From contig OY970296.1 in assembly GCA_963716175.1 (NCBI GenBank), forward strand, positions 352,001 to 416,000: DNA of 64,000 bases. The letters run 5' to 3'. A program made the position numbers and the translations under genes. The notes under the pieces are model-generated. The model had not been told where the DNA came from. It did not search any database and saw only the letters and a list, made by a program, of their open reading frames with translations. This DNA comes from an uncultured Armatimonadetes bacterium (GTDB lineage: Bacteria; Armatimonadota; Hebobacteria; Hebobacterales; Hebobacteraceae). Below, piece after piece: positions 38,884 through 47,533 of this stretch (the first letter of the stretch is position 1; each line of letters begins with the position of its first letter).

Positions 38884-40290
38884 ATGCCGCTGATCATACT
38901 GGTGCTGACACTGCTCGCGCTGGCGCTAGCCGCTGGCGCCCAGCCGCCTCGCGTGTTTGACCCAAATGATCGCGAGATCGTGGACGCCTTTCTCCAGGAA
39001 ACAGCCATGGTTCCCGCGCAATTCAGCGCGGAGGAGTGTGCCCGTCTGGCCGACGAGGACGCAGATGAAACCGAGGCCGTCACCTGGCAGGCGATGCCCT
39101 ACCTGCGTATGCCGCTGACCGCCTATCAGCTCACTGGTGACCGAAAGTACCTCGACCTCTTCGTGCAGGCGTTTGATAGCCTCCGCTCCGCCCTGAGCGT
39201 CGGCCCGGACGGCTTCTTGGGCTGGTACGGTAAGACTGATCCCGACTATCGGGATCCCGATGACCCTGACCGCAAGAACGATGCCATCATCTCGAGCTTC
39301 AGCACGGCGGAGACGGTCTGCGACTTCCTTTCTCTGATATCCCAGGATACCGAACTGAGCCGGAAGTACGCGCAGCAGCGCACCCAGTACCTGGACCTGG
39401 TGGAGAACCAGCTGGTGAAGAAGCACGAGGCGCGGGGGGACTTCGTGGATCTCGGCAGCGAGGGCGCCGTCTACCGCAGCCCTCCACGTGCGCTCAAGCC
39501 CGATTCCGCGCGCCTGACCCTGCCCCACAACAAGCACTCGATCATCCTTCGCGGCCTGCTCGCCCTCTACCGGGTGACGGGCAAGGACGAGTACATGCGG
39601 AAGGCAGTCCAGATCGGCACGCGCTTCAAGCACTGCCTGGTGCTGAAGGACGGCCATTACGAGTGGAACTACTGGGATCCAGCAGGCGAGTGGGATGTCA
39701 GCCCCCGCGACCACGACCGGTGGAAGCACTGGATGGGCCCGGAACACCGCGGGGGCTACTACGCGCTCAGCGTTGCGCAGGCAGTCGCGCTCTATGAGTA
39801 CGGACTGGTGTTCGACAGGACCGATATAGACCGGTTTCTGAAGACCCAGCTCGAGAGGTGCTGGAATGGCGATATGGTCAACCCCCAGTGGTCGCGTGTG
39901 GACGGCACCAGGCCGCCCGAATACACCCAGGGCGCGTACATCGCCACCGCGCTGGCGCCCTTCAGCGACAAGGTGGCGGCCTTCCTGTTCACGGGTGACC
40001 GCCAGGAGGAGCGTCGGAAGAGCATCGGCGATTCGTGGCAGGGAGGGCCGGTGACGGGCGGGTGGCTGCACGCAAAGCTGGTGGACTTCCCTGCCAGGAA
40101 GGGAGAGCAGCAGCGTTACCTGGATTACGGCCGGAAGTTCCTCGCCAAACCCTCCACACGGCCGGCAGGCAAGCCCGAGAATCGGCGCCTGGTGGAGGAG
40201 CTGACCCTCGCGGTAACGCCGCCTGGCTATCGGCCCCCCACTTCGCCCGCCCAGATGAGGCCAATGCCGCCGGAGCCCGAACCGCGCTGA
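38884..40290 (+). CDS. Secreted protein, probable (alpha/alpha) toroid lyase/epimerase-like fold
   Basis: Signal peptide MPLIILVLTLLALALAAGA; AYQLTGDRKYL and LYRVTGKDEY helix motifs; PHNK, WNYW. Confidence 0.6.
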   Translation: MPLIILVLTLLALALAAGAQPPRVFDPNDREIVDAFLQETAMVPAQFSAEECARLADEDADETEAVTWQAMPYLRMPLTAYQLTGDRKYLDLFVQAFDSLRSALSVGPDGFLGWYGKTDPDYRDPDDPDRKNDAIISSFSTAETVCDFLSLISQDTELSRKYAQQRTQYLDLVENQLVKKHEARGDFVDLGSEGAVYRSPPRALKPDSARLTLPHNKHSIILRGLLALYRVTGKDEYMRKAVQIGTRFKHCLVLKDGHYEWNYWDPAGEWDVSPRDHDRWKHWMGPEHRGGYYALSVAQAVALYEYGLVFDRTDIDRFLKTQLERCWNGDMVNPQWSRVDGTRPPEYTQGAYIATALAPFSDKVAAFLFTGDRQEERRKSIGDSWQGGPVTGGWLHAKLVDFPARKGEQQRYLDYGRKFLAKPSTRPAGKPENRRLVEELTLAVTPPGYRPPTSPAQMRPMPPEPEPR

Positions 40291-40309
40291 AGCGGCCCTC
40301 TGCCCACGG

Positions 40310-41479
40310 CTAGGCCGGGGCGTCGCCCCAATCCGGCACCTCTAGCACCTCACCGCCTCTCAGCGCCGATTTGTGTGCCATCACACCCGGCGCCATGTAC
40401 CGCGCCGCTTCCCAGGCGTTGATCGCGGGCGTCCTGTTGTTGGCAATGGCATCCACAAACTCGTGCGCCAGGTAGGCGTGCGAGCCGCCGTGCCCCCCAT
40501 AGACTCCCTCACCTGTGCTGCCAGCGCGGAACGCCTCCAGCACTTCCGGCGGCAGGGGATCGCGCATCTCCGATTCGGTCAAGGGCACTGAGCGGGTCTT
40601 ATCACACCAGCGGTCGTTCTCGAATGACCCCTTGGTGCCGTAGATTCGGAATGTCTCGCGCCCCGGCAACCCGATCTCGCGATGCTCGCAGATTCGCACC
40701 GCGGCCCCGTTGCTCATGAGGAAGAGCGCAGTCTCGTTGCTCGGCCCGTTGCCGAAGTAGCTGTCGCCCGTGCGGTTGTAGTAGGGAAGGGCGCAGACCT
40801 TCATCATGTGCGCTCGCATCACGGAGACGGGGCCTGAGGTGGAATGGGTCGGGTAATGCATCGGGCCCGAGACAATCCGGCGGTCCGCATAGGCCTTGGA
40901 TTGCCTCGCCCATTCCTGGCCGGCCTTCGATGCCAGGCGCGCCCGCTCGACCTCTCGCAGATTGGAGTAGGGGCTGTCCACGTCGTGCAAGTACTCGCCT
41001 TCGGCGTACACGAAATCCCCGAAGGCCCCCTCCGCCCCGCGGCGGCGGCAGTACATCGCCTCCGGGCGATAGTAGGTAGTTTCCCCCAACATGTAGCGCA
41101 TCCCGGTGCGTCGGCAGGTCTCGATGATCCGGTCGCACCAATCCAGGATTTCGTCTCCATCCGGCAGCCAGACCACCGGGACCGCGCTGTAGACGTGCTT
41201 CCCGGACTCCATGGCCTGTATCGCCTGCGGCGCGTGAAGCCAGGGCTGGGTGATGATCACCAGCGCGTCGAGATCAGCGCCACAGATGTCGTCGAGGGAG
41301 TAATAGGCATCCGATTCCCGGAACTTGTCACGCCAAGACTCTCGGGTGGCGAATGCTGCTACCCTCTCCGGCTCGCGGTCGCAGAGGGCAATGCGATCCA
41401 CTAACGGATGGTTCTTGAACAGATCTGCGAATTCGGACCCGAAAAGCCCTAACCCGACAAGCCCCAGGCTAACCCCCAC
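40310..41479 (-). CDS. Gfo/Idh/MocA family oxidoreductase
   Basis: GLVGLGLFG, GKHVYSAVP, YMLGET, YAEGEYLH, YPTHS and GHGGSH. Confidence 0.88.
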   Translation of the reverse strand: MGVSLGLVGLGLFGSEFADLFKNHPLVDRIALCDREPERVAAFATRESWRDKFRESDAYYSLDDICGADLDALVIITQPWLHAPQAIQAMESGKHVYSAVPVVWLPDGDEILDWCDRIIETCRRTGMRYMLGETTYYRPEAMYCRRRGAEGAFGDFVYAEGEYLHDVDSPYSNLREVERARLASKAGQEWARQSKAYADRRIVSGPMHYPTHSTSGPVSVMRAHMMKVCALPYYNRTGDSYFGNGPSNETALFLMSNGAAVRICEHREIGLPGRETFRIYGTKGSFENDRWCDKTRSVPLTESEMRDPLPPEVLEAFRAGSTGEGVYGGHGGSHAYLAHEFVDAIANNRTPAINAWEAARYMAPGVMAHKSALRGGEVLEVPDWGDAPA

Positions 41480-41517
41480 GATTCCGCTCCTATCAACAGG
41501 ATGACGACGGCGGCAAA

Positions 41518-41766
41518 TCAGCGCGACAGCAGATAGTCAAGTCCCATCCCCAGCAAGGCCTCCCTGACCTGGTCCGGACCGACCTCGACCTTCTCCGTTT
41601 CTCCGCTCACAGTTCTGGCCGCCCCACCCTCCGGGGTCTTTGCCAGGCCAACAGCTCTCTGCCGGAGGACCTTCTTGAACTCCGAGGACGCAGCCAGCAC
41701 GAGGTCGGCTGCTTCTCGGCTGAACTGGATCTCGATCTCGAACACCCTGAACTTTCCTTTTCCCAT
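41518..41766 (-). CDS. Small hypothetical protein, possibly histone-fold-like
   Basis: ATG after GAGGTG; 82 aa with a helical pattern resembling alpha2-alpha3-alphaC of histone folds. Confidence 0.6.
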   Translation of the reverse strand: MGKGKFRVFEIEIQFSREAADLVLAASSEFKKVLRQRAVGLAKTPEGGAARTVSGETEKVEVGPDQVREALLGMGLDYLLSR

Positions 41767-41941
41767 GTTCACACCTCGGTTGACTCAGCCTTTCGCCCTT
41801 TTTTCCCCCTTCTCTCAGGAACCTGCGTCCCCTCTCCGGCCATTAGACGCTCTTGCCCTTCCTATCGTCCGATTTCCGCTCGGCACATCCGCCGAGTTTG
41901 CGGTGAAGACCGCGCAATCTCTCTGCGGCGACCCGAAGTGG

Positions 41942-41970
41942 TTGACAACAGGAGGGCAATGAAGTGCAAT
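41942..41970 (+). promoter_or_regulatory. Putative sigma70 promoter
   Basis: TTGACA-17 nt-TGCAAT upstream of a structured region and the DegT gene. Confidence 0.45.
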
Positions 41971-41994
41971 GAGTGTGGATAGAGAATCTGGAGA

Positions 41995-42114
41995 GGATGG
42001 TTTGGCGCGACCATCTGATGGTGTTCGCACAAAGAAGTAATGTGCGAACGCCGCTCTGGGCCCGTCTGAGCAGTTGCCTGAGCTTCGCGCCCTCACTTCT
42101 TTGAGCGAAGCTCA
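41995..42114 (+). ncRNA. Candidate structured RNA with a loop-loop pseudoknot
   Basis: Hairpins at 41995-42016, 42020-42052 and 42079-42114; loop sequences AAGAAG and CTTCTT are complementary. Confidence 0.45.
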
Positions 42115-42145
42115 CTAATGCGTGTCGAGCCCGAAGAGGAGACCA

Positions 42146-43423
42146 ATGGTGTCTGAGAAGCTGGCGATCAGCGGCGGACCACAAACCGTTCCCGCGGGCA
42201 TGGTGAGGAGCTGGCCTCCTATCACCGAGGAAGACCGGCAGGCCGTGCTGGCGGTGATGGAGTCGGATCACCTCCATGGGACCGGCGCGCCCCAGGCCGT
42301 CGCCTTCCAGGAGGAATGGGCCCAGTATGTCGGGTCGAAGTACTGCCTGGTCACCAACAGCGGCACCTCCGCCCTGCACATGGCGGTGGCGGCGGCCGGC
42401 CTGAAGCCGGGGGACGAGGTGATCGTCCCCGCCTATACCTACTGGTCTACCGCGGCGGCCGTACTGCATCACAACTGCATTCCTGTTTTCGTGGACATCG
42501 AACCCCAGGCATTCTGCCTCGATCCCACGAAGATCGAAGAGAAGCTGAGCGAGCACACCCGTGCGCTCATGCCCGTCCACGTGCACGGCATGCCGGCCGA
42601 TATGGATCCCATTGGCGAGATAGCCAAGAAGCACGGCCTGGTGGTGATCGAGGACGCCTGCCAGGCTCATGGCGCCGAGTACAAGGGGCGGAAGGCAGGA
42701 GTGCTGGGCCACGCGGCCGGCTTCAGCCTCAACCGCTCCAAGAACCTGACGGCCTGCGAAGGCGGCCTCTACACCACGGACGATGAGGCCTTCCACCGTT
42801 ACGCTTCGATGATGCGCGAGTTCGGCGAGGTCATCGTCCCAGGGCAGGTGCGGGAGTACAACGCCTATACCCTGGGCTGGATGTACCGCACGATCGAGTT
42901 TGCCAACGCCTTCGGGCGCAGCCAGCTCCGGCGCTTGGAGCAGCACAACACTCAACGGACAGAGATGGCCGAATTGCTGAACCACGAGCTTGCGGCCATC
43001 CCGGGGGTGCAGCCGGCTTCGCGCCCGCCGGATCGGAAGCCCGTCTACTGGACCTACGTGGTGGAGTTCCGGCCCGACCAGCTCGGCCTCGACCTCCCTC
43101 GGAACCAGTTCCGGGAGGCCGCGGAGCATGCGCTGCAAGCCGAGGGAGTCCCGATCGGACAATGGCAGCGGATGCCGGTGCCGGCCCAGGACGTCTTCCA
43201 GAGCGGCGAGGGATACGGCCACGGCTGCCCCTGGACGTGCCGCTTCGGGCGCAAGGTGGAGTATCACGGCGAGGACTACCCGAACACGCTGCGCTTCCTG
43301 GAAAGCCACTCCTGTGTTGGCGGAGTCTACCCGCCAAACACGCTGGATCTGATGAAGCTCTACGTCCAGGCCTTCGAGAAGGTCATGGCGCAGGGGGCCG
43401 ACCTGCTGAAGGTGGGGCGCTGA
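42146..43423 (+). CDS. DegT/DnrJ/EryC1/StrS PLP aminotransferase
   Basis: SGTSALH, PGDEVIVP, PVFVDI, IEDACQAHG and FSLNRSKNL..EGG; GAGGAG SD. Confidence 0.93.
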   Translation: MVSEKLAISGGPQTVPAGMVRSWPPITEEDRQAVLAVMESDHLHGTGAPQAVAFQEEWAQYVGSKYCLVTNSGTSALHMAVAAAGLKPGDEVIVPAYTYWSTAAAVLHHNCIPVFVDIEPQAFCLDPTKIEEKLSEHTRALMPVHVHGMPADMDPIGEIAKKHGLVVIEDACQAHGAEYKGRKAGVLGHAAGFSLNRSKNLTACEGGLYTTDDEAFHRYASMMREFGEVIVPGQVREYNAYTLGWMYRTIEFANAFGRSQLRRLEQHNTQRTEMAELLNHELAAIPGVQPASRPPDRKPVYWTYVVEFRPDQLGLDLPRNQFREAAEHALQAEGVPIGQWQRMPVPAQDVFQSGEGYGHGCPWTCRFGRKVEYHGEDYPNTLRFLESHSCVGGVYPPNTLDLMKLYVQAFEKVMAQGADLLKVGR

Positions 43424-43464
43424 GCGTCCCGGGCGTCGAGCGCGAGCGGGCCATGGCCCCAGCG

Positions 43465-45522
43465 CTAGCGAAGCTCCGTGTCGAGCAACACCTTGGCGTT
43501 TTCTGTGATCTGAAGTCGGCCGCTGGCGCCGCCGTGTAGGGGGAAGGTGGCCAGGTAGTTCCTGCCCTGGGCATGCACACGCATCCCCACCAGCCCGCTC
43601 TCTCGCACCAGCGAAACGTTTCCCGAAGAAGCGATTTCGTCGCCATCTACCTCGAGCACGTGCAGGAACAGATCCTCCGCGGCCGGCAGCGACGGCGACA
43701 CCTCGGTCCGCCAGGCGCCCGCGGCCTCCGTCCACTCTCGCTCGACCGGGGGCCAGTTGCGGCCCTCCACCCAGCACTCCTTCCCAGGCCCGCCCACTTT
43801 GGTGATGACGGCCCGCTCGGGTAGCACCGTGCGGCAGACCAGGCGGCCCGGGCCGTCGGCGATACTCACAACGCCATTCGCGATCTGGGGTTCACCCACC
43901 GAGTGCAGCAGCCAGGCCTTGCGAAAGCCGGGATCGGTCGCCGTCACCTGATCGAACACCACGAACAGGTTCGGGGGCAGAAAGAGGAAGTGGCGGAGGA
44001 AGAGCCGGAGCTTGGCCGAGCTGTAGGACTTGGTGGCATCGCCAACCGCGTAGGTGAATAGCGGATCGTGGCGATAGGTAACGATACGGCCCACATCCCA
44101 GCGATCCGTCTGCGCGACCTCGTCCACCCGTTCCAGCCCTCTCAGCCTGAGCTGGCCGCCGTCGTTGGCGCCGCCGCTGTCCTCGAGGGCCCATGGACCG
44201 CCCCGGAAGGCCTCTCCCGCGTCAAAGATGGTGATCGTGTTGTGGGCGATAGTGCGAGAGTAGTAGTTGGTCCGGTAGTCAGTCCTGACGGACTCACCGT
44301 AAGCGTTGACGCCGGAGTCCAGGGCGAGCAGGGATCGCTTGTGGATAGTGAAGGCGTTGTTGTCCAGATGCTGGTGACCCGTGAGGAAGGGCCCGCACTG
44401 GAACGAGGCGAAGGTGGCGTCGTCCTCCCACGATGACCGCATCAACACCCAGCCCAGACGGTCGAAGAGCCGCGCCGTGGGCAGGTCCGTCGGAGGCTGA
44501 GCCGCGAGAGCGGGATCGCGCCACAGGATGATGGGCCAGAGCATGACATCGTATTCGCGCGCGATCTGGTCTCCCATCCACTGTGCCCGGCCATCCTGGT
44601 AGCGGTAGGCCAGCAGGTAGATGTATGCCCCCTCGTCGCCAGCACTCCAGGCCTTCCGCAGGCTGGCGTCGTCGCAGTGTTCCTGCCTGTGATCGAACGG
44701 CCGGCGGCCGTAGATGTTCCAGAGCGCGCTGTAGCGGGCGGCCGTGCACCCAGGGAACAGATCTTCACCCGTCGCGGTCCGCCAGGCCTCCATCACCCAC
44801 GCCAGGGGCCGCATGTAACCCCAGGCGTCATAGCCATAGCCCTCGTGCTGCCCGCCCGTGGCGTCGGCCATGAAGTTGGCCGCCGGGATCAGGTGGTTGT
44901 GGAGCAAGTCGCTGCCTGTGCGCAGGAGCTCCTCGACCCGCGGGTCGAGGACGTCCCCCTGCAGCGCCAGACCCGCGTACACGAACGGCCACACCTTTTC
45001 CAGGGCGAAGTGGTTGTTGAAGTCCGAGTGCCGCCATATCTTCCGATCGCAGTAGTTCGCGATGCGGAGCATCGCCTCCGCCAGCTCGGCGCGCTGCTGA
45101 TCTGTGAGCTCGGGGTACAGCCAGTCGTAGGCGAGGGCGAGGCTGAACAGCACTTCGGGGCTGGCGTAGACATCCAGCTTGTGGGTCCGCGCCAGGTGCT
45201 CAGCGAGCGTCGCCGCCGACCGGAGGTAGATTTCTCCCCGGGTGATCACATAGACCAACGCGGTATTGCGCAGCGCGAAGGCGTCGCCGTAGGCGTCATT
45301 GGTCGGCTCCCGCACGGCACTCGAGACCATGCGCTGCCACACCTCGGGATAGGCCTTGACCTGGCGCTGAAGACGGGGCAGATCCTCGGCTGTGATGAGA
45401 AGACGTGGATGCTGGGGCCGAACCGCCGGAAGCTCCCCCGGCGCCCCGGCGCCGGCCGACATAGCGGCCAGCAGCAGCGAGGTGCAGAAAATCACGTACA
45501 CGGGGCTCCAGCATCCAAACAT
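43465..45522 (-). CDS. Secreted heparinase II/III-like polysaccharide lyase
   Basis: Signal peptide; HPRLL, LAYDWLY, FNNH, HEGYGY, MRSSW, HQHLDNNAF, TIAHNTI and WLLH. Confidence 0.85.
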   Translation of the reverse strand: MFGCWSPVYVIFCTSLLLAAMSAGAGAPGELPAVRPQHPRLLITAEDLPRLQRQVKAYPEVWQRMVSSAVREPTNDAYGDAFALRNTALVYVITRGEIYLRSAATLAEHLARTHKLDVYASPEVLFSLALAYDWLYPELTDQQRAELAEAMLRIANYCDRKIWRHSDFNNHFALEKVWPFVYAGLALQGDVLDPRVEELLRTGSDLLHNHLIPAANFMADATGGQHEGYGYDAWGYMRPLAWVMEAWRTATGEDLFPGCTAARYSALWNIYGRRPFDHRQEHCDDASLRKAWSAGDEGAYIYLLAYRYQDGRAQWMGDQIAREYDVMLWPIILWRDPALAAQPPTDLPTARLFDRLGWVLMRSSWEDDATFASFQCGPFLTGHQHLDNNAFTIHKRSLLALDSGVNAYGESVRTDYRTNYYSRTIAHNTITIFDAGEAFRGGPWALEDSGGANDGGQLRLRGLERVDEVAQTDRWDVGRIVTYRHDPLFTYAVGDATKSYSSAKLRLFLRHFLFLPPNLFVVFDQVTATDPGFRKAWLLHSVGEPQIANGVVSIADGPGRLVCRTVLPERAVITKVGGPGKECWVEGRNWPPVEREWTEAAGAWRTEVSPSLPAAEDLFLHVLEVDGDEIASSGNVSLVRESGLVGMRVHAQGRNYLATFPLHGGASGRLQITENAKVLLDTELR

Positions 45523-45587
45523 CAAGTCACCTCGACTGAGTCAGAGTGAGATGGTCAGGCCGCGATTTGCGCAGAGGGCGCGGCCTT

Positions 45588-45663
45588 CTGTAGGGCGGGG
45601 TCTCCTGACCCCGCCAGGCGGGCATGCGCTTGTCCGCCTCCGGCGGGTATGCCCGCCCTACAG
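45588..45663. repeat. Inverted doublet of GTAG-type REP elements (REPIN-like)
   Basis: GTAG-ggcggggtc-tcct-gaccccgcc, then ggcgggcatgc...gtatgcccgcc-CTAC; outer inverted repeat ctgtagggcggg/cccgccctacag. Confidence 0.75.
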
Positions 45664-47055
45664 GGAAGCGGGCTTGTAAGTCCAATACTGGAGCTTGATC
45701 GCCAGCTTGGTGTTCGGGACCGGCCGGTTCCGGTGCGGGAAGAAGGCAACCAGATCGAAGCTGGCCTCCTCCCACTTGCGCAGCATCTCGTCGAACCCCT
45801 CTGGGTAGAGCGGCGCGGGCTCTAGCCTGATGGGGCTGCGGCCGAGCAGCCTGACCGCGGCGGCTCTCAGCAGCGCGGCCGGCGGCACCAGGCGCCCGGC
45901 CAGGGACACTTCATCCGGCACCCGCCCTTCGGCCGCTATCGTCTCTTCTGCTGACCTGCAGGCGGAGAGGATCTGCTCACCTGTCACGATTCCCTGCGGG
46001 TCGCCCACGCCCGTCTTCGGGAGCGCGGTCGGCCCCACCATGCGGCGCAGCGGGACGCGCTCCGCCTCAGGTCTGAGATTCGCCCACACCACTGCCGCGA
46101 AGCTCTCCGCCAGACTCAGTGTCACGCCAGCCGCGTCGGCGAACGACATTCGTTCGCTCACCCGCCGCGCCGCCGCCTCCACCTGGGCCCGCGTCAGAAA
46201 CGGCGGGTCGCGCCGAGTCTCGCGTTCCACCTCGCCATAGGTCGTAAACTCGACGCCATGCCGCTGCCGGGCATAGTCCACTAGCTCACCAAGGTTGTCG
46301 AGCCGTTTCCTGGTCTCTTCGGCCGGCAGCCGCGGCGCCAGCCGATACGGCGGCCTGGTCGGCGGGTTCGGGTTGTCCAGATAGTTGATCTCGCTCCACC
46401 ATTTGTCGCTGATGAAACGGCAGGGATGGAACCGCACGTTGACCAGGTCTTCGTTCGCAGCGGCGACCCGGTCGAGTTCCCCAGGCGCACGGCCGGCATA
46501 GGTAAGCTCTTCCGCAATCAGGGGCAGAGAGACGCACAAGCTGTTGGCGTACCACGCGATGTGACGCGTCCGCTCGTAGAGCGCGGGTCCGTAGGCGAAG
46601 ACTTTCAGGCCCAACTGCCGGTAGGCCTCCAGAATCTGTGGCGCGGAGTCGCCGCAGGTGCGCAGATAGGTGATGGGCCGCTCGCCGAACAGGCTCTCGA
46701 GGTCGGCCAGGCCCCGCGCCTCGGTGGCCACCAGCCAGCGCGTGGCTTCCTCCCAACCACACTCCTCCACGATCTCCGAGGCGAAACGCGGCCGGTGCGT
46801 CTCGTCCGGGAACAGGAAGTGGTTGTCGCTGTGGTAGCAGATCTCGTGCGCCGACAGCGCCTCGACCAGATCCCATCGGCCCAGATCCCGGATGAAACGC
46901 GCCTTCTCCCCCACCAGGCCAAAGCAGGCGCGCACTCCGCGTTGTGTGAGCGTCCTGCAAATCTGCAGCAGGACATCGTTGGAGGCGGGGTCGGTGAAGT
47001 CCTCGGTATCGAAGCTGACGATAATGCGCATTCCTGACCTATCCGATCCCATCAT
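45658..47055 (-). CDS. Polysaccharide deacetylase-like (NodB-type barrel) protein
   Basis: VSFDTEDF, GVRACFGLVGEKAR, HEICYHSDNH and FHPC. Start is 47055 or 47031. Confidence 0.7.
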   Translation of the reverse strand: MMGSDRSGMRIIVSFDTEDFTDPASNDVLLQICRTLTQRGVRACFGLVGEKARFIRDLGRWDLVEALSAHEICYHSDNHFLFPDETHRPRFASEIVEECGWEEATRWLVATEARGLADLESLFGERPITYLRTCGDSAPQILEAYRQLGLKVFAYGPALYERTRHIAWYANSLCVSLPLIAEELTYAGRAPGELDRVAAANEDLVNVRFHPCRFISDKWWSEINYLDNPNPPTRPPYRLAPRLPAEETRKRLDNLGELVDYARQRHGVEFTTYGEVERETRRDPPFLTRAQVEAAARRVSERMSFADAAGVTLSLAESFAAVVWANLRPEAERVPLRRMVGPTALPKTGVGDPQGIVTGEQILSACRSAEETIAAEGRVPDEVSLAGRLVPPAALLRAAAVRLLGRSPIRLEPAPLYPEGFDEMLRKWEEASFDLVAFFPHRNRPVPNTKLAIKLQYWTYKPASL

Positions 47056-47533
47056 CCCTCTCGCGGCTTCCCTCACCGAATTACCTGCTCCTCTGCTTCT
47101 CACCTTCTCGGCCGGCGTAACTGCCGCCGGAGATCATGGGAAGCTGAACCCGGCGTGTGGCAGTAGAATGCGGCGAGAGCAACGGATGGGGATTGGTGGC
47201 GCATAGTGTCTGGATCTGGCCGCGCCGGGATGGTGGCGGTCGGTCTAGCCTCGGCGGGCAGCCAGCCCACAGCAGGCGCCGTCTTCGATGACTCACTCCC
47301 ACTGGCCCGAGCAGCGCCAACCCACGGCGCGCTCGGAGGCCCACAGCCGTTAACCTCGCCGTTGAACGTCGGGCCTGCGTCTCACCCGCCAGAGGCGGAC
47401 AACTTGTTGAGGAGGCAAAAGGAGGCACATGCGGAGCATCTCACTTGCGGCAGTGGCCTGCGCGCGATCCTCTGCGGTCGCACACCAGCCGCAGGCTCGC
47501 GAATCCCGATGGCAAGGCAGGAGGCGAAACGGT

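Noticed and set aside
41985-42030. Glycine (tctggagag) or fluoride (gatggtgttcgc) riboswitch
   Set aside because: Only short 5' words match; the downstream conserved elements are missing and the gene context does not fit.
41843-43777. Long antisense ORFs (also 1580-2473, 5222-6211, 11132-12700, 17293-18606, 28565-29941, 33012-34559, 54180-55460)
   Set aside because: They mirror well-supported genes on the other strand, have no recognisable motifs, and are expected from high GC3 bias.
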